From positions 1 through 41,127 of IMG/VR virus record IMGVR_UViG_3300046385_000068: 41,127 bases of DNA. One strand, written 5' to 3'. The notes below the pieces were generated by a model that saw nothing but the letters and a program-made list of their open reading frames with translations, had not been told where the DNA came from and searched no databases. The position numbers and the translations under genes were made by a program. Below, piece after piece: positions 1-8,974 of the stretch. The DNA comes from a virus (Duplodnaviria > Caudoviricetes). How positions within the stretch are numbered: the first letter of the stretch is position 1; each line of letters opens with the position of its first letter.

Positions 1-520
1 CGCCAGCACCGCCGCCATCATAAGCCCCGCCACCACCGCCGCCACCGCCGCCAGCTATGCGGTTTATATTATTGATAGACGTAGCACGTTGAACTGATAA
101 CGCTAGTCCACCAGCTGTTCCAGCACCAGCAGGCCAGTACCCGCCATTACCGCCGTTACCGCCTTTTCCTAGAATTACCCCGCTATTATTTATTGTTATT
201 GTGTCTCCTGCAGTCCATGAAGTGTCGACAATAAAAGCCGCAGTGCCTGTTGAGCCTGAAGAGACAATAACTCCAGAGTTAATATTTAAAATAACGTCTG
301 TTTTACCTGCTACATAACCCGCGACTTTTGCGGTGTTTAAAGTGTAGTTTGCGGTGTTAGCCGAAATAGTAATTACTACAGGTATCCTATTAATAAAAAA
401 CTGTTTCCATGCGCCCGATTGTTTTACGTACCCAAACTGTACTATTTTCCACGTGCCAGATTGGTTTATATAAACCGTTGAATTTTTCCAGACGCCAGAT
501 TGTTTTACGTATGCAGGCAT
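1..520 (-). CDS. Glycine-rich gp38-like tail adhesin, truncated by window edge (not in ORF track)
   Basis: Manual translation from ATG at 520: MPAYVKQSGVWK...INNSGVILGKGGNGGNGG...RIAGGGGGGGGG; same motif order as 5669..6556. Confidence 0.75.
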   Translation of the reverse strand, partial: MPAYVKQSGVWKNSTVYINQSGTWKIVQFGYVKQSGAWKQFFINRIPVVITISANTANYTLNTAKVAGYVAGKTDVILNINSGVIVSSGSTGTAAFIVDTSWTAGDTITINNSGVILGKGGNGGNGGYWPAGAGTAGGLALSVQRATSINNINRIAGGGGGGGGGAYDGGGAG

Positions 521-1249
521 TTATGAGACCTGATACCAGATGTCACCGTCAGAACCGCCAGATGGGCCAGATGTTGAAACCGTTCTTGTGCCGTAGCTAT
601 TGGTCCCAATAGAAGTAACAGTTAATGCGTTTATTGCACCGCCCGTAATTGCTACCGCATTAGCGTTTTGAGTAGACATAGTACCAAGAGTGCCAGTTGC
701 GGTTGTTACAAAAGCCGTAGTTGCTATCTGTGTTGTATTGGTCCCAACGTTGGCTGTAGGAGCTGTAGGTGTACCTGTTAAAGACGGGCTTTCTGAATAA
801 ACAACGTTTTGTGTTCCAGTTGTCGCACCTGCTGGGATACCCGCAAGATAAAAACCATTACCGTCAGTAAACATATACGAAGTAACGCCAGAGGGGACTA
901 TTAGGCCCGAACCTGCAGGGATTGTATTACCTAAAACAGTTGAGTTATATATCGCAATTGGGTAGGCTCCAGCATTTCTAATAATATAGATCTTACTTAC
1001 TGGGGGTACAAAAACGTTAGCTGGGGCGCTAGAGCTTAATACCAACACGGCGTTTCTTGATTGGTCCACTGCACCATAAAATGCTGTAATGGCTTGATTT
1101 GTTGAAGTAATAGCAATGGTCTCAACCCCAGCTACAGCCTGTTCAACAAGACTGCCTAGATTCAAGTTAGTTGTACTACCCCATACGCCTGATTGCTCTC
1201 CTGGACCAATAAGTTCTAAACGTAAGTCGGGTGAATATGTAGATGCCAT
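521..1249 (-). CDS. Tail fibre / tail-associated structural protein
   Basis: SPSLTGTPTAPTA..TTQIATTAFV fibre repeat, LGTMSTQNA motif, C-terminal GDIWYQ. Confidence 0.7.
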   Translation of the reverse strand: MASTYSPDLRLELIGPGEQSGVWGSTTNLNLGSLVEQAVAGVETIAITSTNQAITAFYGAVDQSRNAVLVLSSSAPANVFVPPVSKIYIIRNAGAYPIAIYNSTVLGNTIPAGSGLIVPSGVTSYMFTDGNGFYLAGIPAGATTGTQNVVYSESPSLTGTPTAPTANVGTNTTQIATTAFVTTATGTLGTMSTQNANAVAITGGAINALTVTSIGTNSYGTRTVSTSGPSGGSDGDIWYQVS

Positions 1250-1259
1250 AATTTATTCC

Positions 1260-2066
1260 TTAGAATCCAATCGCCATCCAGTAACAAGCTGGAGAGTATG
1301 TTCCGCCAATATAAAAAGACGTTTTTGTTAAGCTATTTACGTACGCATTTTCGTATACGCCAGATGTTGTACCCGTTGTTACTGACGCACAAGCATTAGG
1401 GAAAGCTATCGGTAAAGTAACTGTTACGTTAATTGAAGAGACATAACCCCACTGAATAATTAAACCCCCTGGGAACTTTTGATACCCGTTAGAAGTTAAA
1501 GACCTGTCAAACGCGGATAAGCTAGATAACGGTGATGATGCCCAAGTTGCTCCGTTAGATGCAAGCACGTTACCTGAAGTACTAGGTGCAACGGGTTGTA
1601 CCGCGGAGATTCCGTTTCCTAAAAGTACGTTGTTTGCTGTTAAGCTATTAGCCCCAGTACCGCCTTGGGCGACCGAAAGCGGCGTAGTTAAACCAGATAA
1701 AGATGTAATGTCTGAGTTAGCACCTGAACTTGCTGCGCTTAAATTTGTTCTAGCCGCCGCTGCATTACTGGCTCCAGTACCCCCATCAATAACGGCTAGG
1801 TCTGTAATACCTGTTATGGTTCCCCCAGTAACTGTTACATTACTAAAAGAAACTGTGTTAGCGGTAACGTTCGTCATAGTACCGCTAGTAATAGCGATGT
1901 TAGCAGCAGTGCCGCCAGTAATAGCAACGTTTGCTAAAGGCTCTAAACCACTTCCAATACCGTTAATCGCGTTTGATACCGTTGTGAAGTTAGTGTCTAA
2001 TTGGTTTAATGGGATGTTATTTGTCGCCGTTGCGAACGTATTAGGTATACTAATTGGAAGTGCCAT
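1260..2066 (-). CDS. Tail fibre protein with gp53-like C-terminal domain
   Basis: GGTGA repeats; C-terminal NGYQKFPGGLIIQWG...PIAFPNAC...YWMAIG typical of fibre tips. Confidence 0.75.
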   Translation of the reverse strand: MALPISIPNTFATATNNIPLNQLDTNFTTVSNAINGIGSGLEPLANVAITGGTAANIAITSGTMTNVTANTVSFSNVTVTGGTITGITDLAVIDGGTGASNAAAARTNLSAASSGANSDITSLSGLTTPLSVAQGGTGANSLTANNVLLGNGISAVQPVAPSTSGNVLASNGATWASSPLSSLSAFDRSLTSNGYQKFPGGLIIQWGYVSSINVTVTLPIAFPNACASVTTGTTSGVYENAYVNSLTKTSFYIGGTYSPACYWMAIGF

Positions 2067-2080
2067 GTTAATTCCTTATC

Positions 2081-2779
2081 TTATGACGGTATATTATCCC
2101 AAATTGGTGATTCTGTGGTAGTTATTTGTGTCCAAGTAGGGCTTTCAGATGTTGTAATATTAACCCAATTTGGTGTTTGCGAGTCGTCAACTAAACCCCA
2201 AACTAAAACCTGAGCGGTAATACCTGTAGCAGAAACACCTGTAACTGTCACTAAAGCCCTACCAATAATACTTACATTACCTAAAGCCGTTGTTCCTACT
2301 ACCCCAGTAACAGGAGTAATAGCCTCTCCAACAACCGTAGCGGTGCCTAAGAATGTTGTACCTAAAATACCTGTTACATCAATGACGGCTTTTGATATTG
2401 TGCTTACATTGCCAATTTCGCCAATAGCCTGTAAGCCAGTAATTGTAACAACCGCCGCAGCATTAGCCGTAGCTGTACCTAAAGCAGTAGTCCCTTGAAC
2501 GCCAGTAACTGAGAATACAGCGGCACCTATAACAGTAACGTCACCAATCAACCCATTAGCAGGTAACCCAGTAACAGGAGCAACGACTTGACCGCTAATA
2601 GAAACAGTGCCTACAAATACCGTACCTTCAACGCCAGTAGTAGCCGTAGAACCTGTACCAGTTATAAATGGGGTGCCTGTTTGACCAGTAGCAAATACGC
2701 CTTCAGGATACGCAACCGTGCCTTCAGCTACCGTACCGCTGGCAAATGGGGCTTCTGCGAATGACGAGGCTGCGAACAT
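2081..2779 (-). CDS. Thr/Gly/Val-rich repetitive virion protein
   Basis: Repeated VTGxxgTxxLGxV units; lies in tail module. Confidence 0.6.
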   Translation of the reverse strand: MFAASSFAEAPFASGTVAEGTVAYPEGVFATGQTGTPFITGTGSTATTGVEGTVFVGTVSISGQVVAPVTGLPANGLIGDVTVIGAAVFSVTGVQGTTALGTATANAAAVVTITGLQAIGEIGNVSTISKAVIDVTGILGTTFLGTATVVGEAITPVTGVVGTTALGNVSIIGRALVTVTGVSATGITAQVLVWGLVDDSQTPNWVNITTSESPTWTQITTTESPIWDNIPS

Positions 2780-2780
2780 A

Positions 2781-3296
2781 CTATAGTGTACCTTCTATGA
2801 ATTCAACAATAAAGCCCCTATCCTGGTCGCTCCACGCAAATATTTGATTGTTATAAGCAAAGTCATCTAAAAGAGGTTTTTTGTCAGCTGGGATGGTGTT
2901 GTAATGCTGTGAATACTTGACCCATTGCTGCGTGTTGGTTGCAAAGTCGTATTCGCTAAAAGAAATGTCATCACCAGTTGTTTTATAGTAAGTGATTGGT
3001 TCGTCATTTTCATAGTAAACATAATCATATGTAATACCGTTTACGACAGCGTTTTCCTGGAATAGCTCCATGCTGTTGTCTGTAAAAACTCGAATTACAA
3101 AATCATCTGACACAAAAGATCGGCATAAAATCTGTTTGGTTGTGGCGTTATAAACAGAATTTAGGTATAAGCAATTAGGCTTAACTGTTTCAGCAATTGC
3201 CCTTTTTTCTGGGAATAGCGTGCTACTAGGATACTCACCAGGAATATTTAGGGCAATAACAGAGTTTGTTTCAAGTTGATAGATAGTTAAAGCCAT
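2781..3296 (-). CDS. Hypothetical protein
   Basis: 171-aa ORF tightly packed between neighbours. Confidence 0.6.
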   Translation of the reverse strand: MALTIYQLETNSVIALNIPGEYPSSTLFPEKRAIAETVKPNCLYLNSVYNATTKQILCRSFVSDDFVIRVFTDNSMELFQENAVVNGITYDYVYYENDEPITYYKTTGDDISFSEYDFATNTQQWVKYSQHYNTIPADKKPLLDDFAYNNQIFAWSDQDRGFIVEFIEGTL

Positions 3297-3297
3297 T

Positions 3298-3924
3298 TTA
3301 CACCCTTAGAGAATTGTAAATATTCATACCCATAACAATACGTTCTTTATCACTTGGATTGGGCTGTGTTTTATGGTACAGCCAGCCTGGAAATAACACA
3401 AGTTTACCTGGCGCTGGTGGCTCTACGTGGTCAAAAAAATAACGACCTTGCTTTGATTCAGGTGAATTATAAACAGGTAACCTTCCTTTAACAACCTCAA
3501 GTGGGTCTACCATAGCAACGCATCCCATATCTGGGGTCGCATTAACGTAAAAAGAACCAGCTATTTCAAACGGATTATGATTGTGTTGAATAATGTTCCC
3601 ACCTTTTGGCGTTAAGTTAGCCCACATGTGGTCTATTACAGGTACTGAGCTGGTATAAAACCCAAGCTCTTTCCAATACTCCTTAAGGTGGTGTTCTATA
3701 AATTCAACTATTTTTTGGTTTTTTAGTCGTTTGTGTAGGTCTCGCACTTCATGAGGAAGCGTACCTTCTAAGCTGTATGAATTATTGAACAAGCGGTGTT
3801 TACTAAAAGCTTCTCTGTCAACGTCAAAATACGCACGAATCTCCGCCTCAAGGTCAGCTTGAATTAACTCAAAATCCGGAAATTGGGCTGTATAAATCTT
3901 GATTGGGAATATTTCTTTAATCAT
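3298..3924 (-). CDS. Putative 2OG-Fe(II) oxygenase (TIGR02466-like)
   Basis: WAN...HNH...GSFYV and GKLVLFPGWLYH...R motifs. Confidence 0.85.
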   Translation of the reverse strand: MIKEIFPIKIYTAQFPDFELIQADLEAEIRAYFDVDREAFSKHRLFNNSYSLEGTLPHEVRDLHKRLKNQKIVEFIEHHLKEYWKELGFYTSSVPVIDHMWANLTPKGGNIIQHNHNPFEIAGSFYVNATPDMGCVAMVDPLEVVKGRLPVYNSPESKQGRYFFDHVEPPAPGKLVLFPGWLYHKTQPNPSDKERIVMGMNIYNSLRV

Positions 3925-4733
3925 AAAACCGCTTCCATTTCTTTATACGGGTAATTACCATTCCACTTACTACATCTAGGCTGTGCTGTACACTCTCTGC
4001 AAAAGGGGATGTGTACTGGCTCATTGTTTTTTCTTACTACATTACCATCGTAAGAGAAGCCATTACCATAAATGTATGTTTCAGGCCTGGTGTCGTCAAC
4101 TGGCTGTGTAGGGATGTTTCCATCTACATAAACATTTTTAACTAAAAAAGTAAGTATTGAAGGGATAGTCGGATGAACACCCCTACCCATAAATTCGTGG
4201 CAGGCTTCTGAGTCTACCCAAAACGGTTCTTCTTTATTATGAATAGCCCCAACAGGGCAAGCATTAGCACAATCATCACACCCATTGCAACGGCTCCACA
4301 TTTTAGTATTTACGCGCTTGTTAGTCGGCACATCGACTATTTCTTCATCAAACCTAATAACTGTAATATGGCAATCAAAACCAAACTTATAAGAATAAAT
4401 CAGGGAGTTTTTAGCTCTAACACCAAGCCCAGACAAAATGGCCGCTTCTTTATAGTTTGTGTAAACAGGATACCATCCATTTATACCGCTATTTTTCATT
4501 GTATTTTCTGCATCAGCATAAAGAGTGTAGTCCCATGTGTGCCCAGTTTTAATCAAAATAACAGCGTTTGTGCAATTGGCAAAATGTGTATGGTTAGTAA
4601 AATCCTCACCAACGTAGTTCCACTTTCGTTTTATAGGGGATAGAGCACACCTTAGCAGACCTTCTTTTGATAAATATCCTACATCCCACTCGTCTTCTGG
4701 GAATAAAGCTCTTATGGTGTTAAAAGAAATCAA
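3921..4733 (-). CDS. 4Fe-4S protein, epoxyqueuosine reductase (QueG)/reductive dehalogenase-like
   Basis: KEAAILSGLGVRAKNSLI segment, CxxCxxCxxxCP(VGAI), then C...CxxC-x5-C; TTG start overlaps upstream TGA. Confidence 0.7.
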   Translation of the reverse strand: MISFNTIRALFPEDEWDVGYLSKEGLLRCALSPIKRKWNYVGEDFTNHTHFANCTNAVILIKTGHTWDYTLYADAENTMKNSGINGWYPVYTNYKEAAILSGLGVRAKNSLIYSYKFGFDCHITVIRFDEEIVDVPTNKRVNTKMWSRCNGCDDCANACPVGAIHNKEEPFWVDSEACHEFMGRGVHPTIPSILTFLVKNVYVDGNIPTQPVDDTRPETYIYGNGFSYDGNVVRKNNEPVHIPFCRECTAQPRCSKWNGNYPYKEMEAVL

Positions 4734-5194
4734 GATATATCAACCATCGCTGTATGAGAATCACCACAAGTTTCCCCTTCCCAACGGATAGTTACGCTAG
4801 TTGGCTTAATACCCGCATCCCACTTTTCAAGGCTTAAAAAAGCACCGCCTCTTTCACCAACATGAAGTGCGTGAGTGTCACCACTATTAATAGTAGGACC
4901 AAGTACCCCAAATATATCGATATTAGCGGGTATCAACGTTGTTACGTTATTTTGCTTTGTCCCGATATCACCACCTAATAGCATAATAATATTATTAACG
5001 CCTGGATGGCTGTGGTCTGGAGAGCCTGTGTGTGGCCTTACCAAATAGAGCTCAGCCTGATATTGGCCTTCTCGGTAAAGTACATAGCTGTAGCTAATCT
5101 CAGTTACATAAACTGGGTCTTCTTTTGGTGGACGCATCGGCATACCACTGGCTTTATACCAAGCTGCAAATTCTTCAACCGTTTCCCACATCAC
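4730..5194 (-). CDS. Cupin-fold protein (paralogue 2)
   Basis: HSHPG and THAL His motifs; clear paralogue of 5175..5663. Confidence 0.65.
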   Translation of the reverse strand: MMWETVEEFAAWYKASGMPMRPPKEDPVYVTEISYSYVLYREGQYQAELYLVRPHTGSPDHSHPGVNNIIMLLGGDIGTKQNNVTTLIPANIDIFGVLGPTINSGDTHALHVGERGGAFLSLEKWDAGIKPTSVTIRWEGETCGDSHTAMVDIS

Positions 5195-5663
5195 TCATAC
5201 TCCTTGTAACATCGGCGTAGCCAGGTATTATATAGGCTTCAGGGTGGAACCTTTTAATTAGTTTTTCATGCATTGGGCCTGCTGTTTTACCTTTCCACTG
5301 AACTGCTGCAGTAGTAGGTGTTAATTTGGGGTGCCATTGTTGTATTGCTATAAGAGGATATCCAACTGTATTTGCTGTTTCTCTAATTCCGAAACCATGA
5401 CTTTCTCCTTCTTTTAGTACAGTCGCTTGAAAGCAAGAACCATTAATCCAAGGTGTTTCAATAAGTTCAACGCCAGGATGCTCGTGTACTTGAACCAAAG
5501 GTGTTGGATGAATTAAGTAAAGTTCTACTTGAAACTGTCCTTCTCGATACATACAAAAAGCTGTAGCATCATCCGATAAAAATGTTTCAACGCCGTCAGG
5601 CGGCCTAAATGGAAACCCGTTTGTTATGTACCAATCGGCAAATTCTTGTGTTGTACTCCACAT
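5175..5663 (-). CDS. Cupin-fold protein (paralogue 1)
   Basis: HEHPGVE (HxHxxxE) and GESHG motifs. Confidence 0.65.
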   Translation of the reverse strand: MWSTTQEFADWYITNGFPFRPPDGVETFLSDDATAFCMYREGQFQVELYLIHPTPLVQVHEHPGVELIETPWINGSCFQATVLKEGESHGFGIRETANTVGYPLIAIQQWHPKLTPTTAAVQWKGKTAGPMHEKLIKRFHPEAYIIPGYADVTRSMSDVGNG

Positions 5664-5668
5664 TATGT

Positions 5669-6556
5669 TTACCCCAACGGTCCATATCTATTTCCTGCAA
5701 CAGCCCATGTAATATATCCGTTACCGCTTGTACAATAACCTGCTGCACCACCAGCGCCACCTGTGCCTGCTGCATTAGCAGCTCCATTTCCAGCATTACC
5801 TGCAGAGCCCCATTCGCCACCATTACCACCTGCTCCACCTGTTAGCGTACCGTTTGCTCCATAGGTACCACCATATCCGAAACTTCCTGATGTACCTGAA
5901 CCGCCATTTGTACCAAGTGTACCAGCCGTGGCTGGAGATGCTGCTCCACCTGCCGAATTAGCTAAACCAGTTCTACCACCACCGCCACCACCGCCACTTG
6001 CAGTAGCTGCGTAAATTACCCCCTGGTTTCCACCGCCACCGCCACCGCCACCGCCAGCAATGTAACCATAGTTATAAATAGTTACATAAGCTCCTAAACC
6101 CAAAGCTGTGCCACCAGCCCCTCCTGCAGCTGCAGGTAATGCACTGTTACCACCATTACCACCCATACCAACAACATAGCCGTTATTAACAAAAGTAACG
6201 CCATTTGGCCATGAGCCATCGATAGTTAAAGCAGCTTGCCCTGTAGTAGAGGAGTAAAACCAATAGCCCCCCGTAAGTGTAGCTTGAACGGGTGACGATT
6301 GATTCCAGCCAGCTGCTACGGCTAATGAACGTAAGTTAGCTCTGTCTATGTGTTGTGAAATACTGAACGAGAATGTTGGTGAAGTAGCTCTTTTACCGTA
6401 GAAATCACTCATACTAAGAGCGCCTGTAGAGAAGGTACCTGAGCCACCTGCATCGGTGTACCAAGTAGTCCCACGGTATGCGTTTAAGTTGTTACCTCTA
6501 CCAAACTCAGCATTAATCTGCTGTATTGACAAAGGACCTGATGCTGGTAATGCCAT
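5669..6556 (-). CDS. gp38-like glycine-rich tail fibre adhesin
   Basis: VNNGYVVGMGGNGG, IAGGGGGGGGG and further polyglycine segments; TAATG-coupled to the fibre gene. Confidence 0.8.
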   Translation of the reverse strand: MALPASGPLSIQQINAEFGRGNNLNAYRGTTWYTDAGGSGTFSTGALSMSDFYGKRATSPTFSFSISQHIDRANLRSLAVAAGWNQSSPVQATLTGGYWFYSSTTGQAALTIDGSWPNGVTFVNNGYVVGMGGNGGNSALPAAAGGAGGTALGLGAYVTIYNYGYIAGGGGGGGGGNQGVIYAATASGGGGGGGRTGLANSAGGAASPATAGTLGTNGGSGTSGSFGYGGTYGANGTLTGGAGGNGGEWGSAGNAGNGAANAAGTGGAGGAAGYCTSGNGYITWAVAGNRYGPLG

Positions 6557-8514
6557 TATCTAGCCTTTAACAGTTCAATTTCTTTCTTAAGCTCAACAAC
6601 TTGTTTTGCCAATTCAATTGCGGCTACAAGGGCAGCGTTACCGTATGCAAGGGAAAGAGTATCATCACCAATAACAGTTTCGGGTAACAACTTTTGCATA
6701 TCCTGAGCTGATGCACCTGCCTGTCTTTCACCAGAATCAATACGAGTGTATGTACCAGACTTAACTTGTGCAAGTCGTTCCACAAAGTCAGAATCTACAC
6801 CAACCCAGTCTTTCTTTAAGCGTTCATCTGAATATGCTGTTATATTGCCAACAGCGTTAAAGTTTCCTGATGTGTTACAAGAAAATAACTCACTACCACT
6901 ACTGTTTAAAAGATAAAAGTAGTTACTGTTGTTATAAAGTGAAAAAGTATGAGCATCAGTATCTGCAAAATTCAAACTAGGTGCTGTGCCAGTAATTGAA
7001 AAACCAGCCACATTATAACTATTGCCTGTATTTAAAGCATTAGCAGTAGCGGCGGTTGTAGCGTTTGTAGCATTAGTAACAGCTGTTGATCCAATTTGGC
7101 TAACAATGTCAGCTGCTGAAGCAATGGTTACGGTATTAGCTGCACTACGGTATAGCAAACCATTTGATGACAAGTTAGCTACAGTTTGTAGAGTCGCGCT
7201 GTAAGCCTGAACGTTTGTACCAATTGTTAAACCTAAGTTAGTACGGGCATCTGTTGTGTTAGACGCCCCAGTACCGCCATAAGATACAGCAATTGCGTTA
7301 GCCGCCCATTCGCCTGTAGCAATCGTACCTACACCTGTAATACCAGTATAAGAACCAGTTAAACGCCCTGTCGGAAGCGTGCCAGAAGTAATGTTAGACG
7401 CATTAGCTGTGTCTGTTGTTGCTGAAGGAGCTAAACCAGAAACGTTAGTTGCAGCAATCGCGATAGCTACGTTAGAAGCCGAAGTAACCTGCCCTTGGGC
7501 ATTAACAGTGATTTGAGGTACTTGGCTAACCGTACCATAAGTATCTGCGCTTACACCCGTATTAGCTACACTAAAAGTAGTACTTGAAAGGTTTAAACCT
7601 GTACCCGCAGAATAAATTTGAGCTGAGCTAATTTGCGCAAATGTAATATTTGTTGTACCAAACGTAATACTACCTGGGGTGTTACATGTATAAGTCTCGC
7701 CCGCGCCAGTAGCACCTTGCTGTACAAACACAGTAGAGCCTTGACTTAGGCCATAGGGACTTGCGGTTTCAAATGTATCCGCGTCAGTTGCACGAGTTAA
7801 AACCCAATTAGTAGACCCTGACCCTGCATCGGTAACCGTATAGATACCATTTTGAGTAGCGTTAGTTTGTGTGTATATAAGAACTCGGTCATTAACACTG
7901 ACCGTAACCCCATCAATTACAAGAGCTGTTTGAGCACCCGCATTTGTGAGCGTAGCGCCTACACCTGCTGTACCGTTGTTATATGATGTGTTTAGCGCCG
8001 TAGGAGACTCAACCCGAACTGGGGCATGGAAATGAATCGCCGCTTCAGACATAGTATCTACATAGGTCTTGTTGGCAATGTCGGTGCCGCTAGCTGGGGT
8101 TGTTGAGATTGTGCCTGAAGTAAGTGTAGCTACGTTAATAGTAGCTGTGCCTGTAACACCTAAATCAACAAAACCATTTTGTACCACCTTACCAGAAGCG
8201 TCTTCAAATACAGCGCGCTCAGATGGGTAAGTAATAAACGCGTCTTTAGTACTAGCACTAAAGTTAACTAGCGCCCCAGCAGCTGAAGAAGAGTAAACGG
8301 TATCACGGCTTAATTGATCTGGGGCGGTAAACGTACCCGCGCCAACTTCCCATTCATCCGTACTATGGCTAGCAATACAGTAATACACCGTTGACCCCGT
8401 AGGGATAGCAGTGTTAAACGTTTGAAACCCAACAACCGCGCCTAATAGCGTGGCTGAGCCTGTGCTGGTTACGCTTGTAACCTCTTTAACGCGGTCTTTT
8501 AGTACAAGAGCCAT
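6556..8514 (-). CDS. Long tail fibre with C-terminal intramolecular chaperone (peptidase S74-like)
   Basis: MALVLKDRVKE N-terminus, QNGIY..LTRATDAD fibre motif, YSDERLK cleavage motif plus terminal coiled coil. Confidence 0.85.
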   Translation of the reverse strand: MALVLKDRVKEVTSVTSTGSATLLGAVVGFQTFNTAIPTGSTVYYCIASHSTDEWEVGAGTFTAPDQLSRDTVYSSSAAGALVNFSASTKDAFITYPSERAVFEDASGKVVQNGFVDLGVTGTATINVATLTSGTISTTPASGTDIANKTYVDTMSEAAIHFHAPVRVESPTALNTSYNNGTAGVGATLTNAGAQTALVIDGVTVSVNDRVLIYTQTNATQNGIYTVTDAGSGSTNWVLTRATDADTFETASPYGLSQGSTVFVQQGATGAGETYTCNTPGSITFGTTNITFAQISSAQIYSAGTGLNLSSTTFSVANTGVSADTYGTVSQVPQITVNAQGQVTSASNVAIAIAATNVSGLAPSATTDTANASNITSGTLPTGRLTGSYTGITGVGTIATGEWAANAIAVSYGGTGASNTTDARTNLGLTIGTNVQAYSATLQTVANLSSNGLLYRSAANTVTIASAADIVSQIGSTAVTNATNATTAATANALNTGNSYNVAGFSITGTAPSLNFADTDAHTFSLYNNSNYFYLLNSSGSELFSCNTSGNFNAVGNITAYSDERLKKDWVGVDSDFVERLAQVKSGTYTRIDSGERQAGASAQDMQKLLPETVIGDDTLSLAYGNAALVAAIELAKQVVELKKEIELLKAR

Positions 8515-8526
8515 GTCAGGCTCCTA

Positions 8527-8961
8527 TTAAGCGATGCGGATAATAGCTGTTGTGTTCGTAGCAGCTGGGAATTGAACTGTAAAATCACCAGTTGTAGATG
8601 TCTTGTCGCTACCAAAATCCAACACGGCTACAGCGGCATTCGCTTGAGTGCTGTTATAAATCAACGCGCCGCGGGCTGTGATGGTTGCTGCTGACCATGT
8701 AGTGTCTGCAAAGTCAATAAAAGCTGTTGTACCTGAACCACCATTAGTTGGGGTTGTAGTCACCGATAAAGTGTTTCCGCCAGTAACATAGTTACCACCA
8801 GAGGCTACTTCACCTGATGTTGTGTACGCAGTTGTGTCGGCATCTAAAGTCGCTGTGTTAGTGTACAAAGCAATTTTAAATGTGTTTGATGAAAAATTTT
8901 GCACGCCGTTCAAAAGTTGAATCTTGAAAGACGTTGGCATGTAGTTACCTGTAAAGGCCAT
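8527..8961 (-). CDS. Tail-associated structural protein
   Basis: FKIALYT...TARGALIYN...VLDFG conserved phage structural motifs. Confidence 0.65.
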   Translation of the reverse strand: MAFTGNYMPTSFKIQLLNGVQNFSSNTFKIALYTNTATLDADTTAYTTSGEVASGGNYVTGGNTLSVTTTPTNGGSGTTAFIDFADTTWSAATITARGALIYNSTQANAAVAVLDFGSDKTSTTGDFTVQFPAATNTTAIIRIA

Positions 8962-8974
8962 TTTTTACTCCTGT

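Noticed and set aside
3921-4733. 7-deazaguanine DNA-modification pathway
   Set aside because: No dpdA/tgt, folE or queC/D/E recognised in the window, and QueG acts on tRNA rather than in that route.
1-6556. Diversity-generating retroelement acting on the adhesins
   Set aside because: No reverse transcriptase and no near-identical TR/VR pair noticed.
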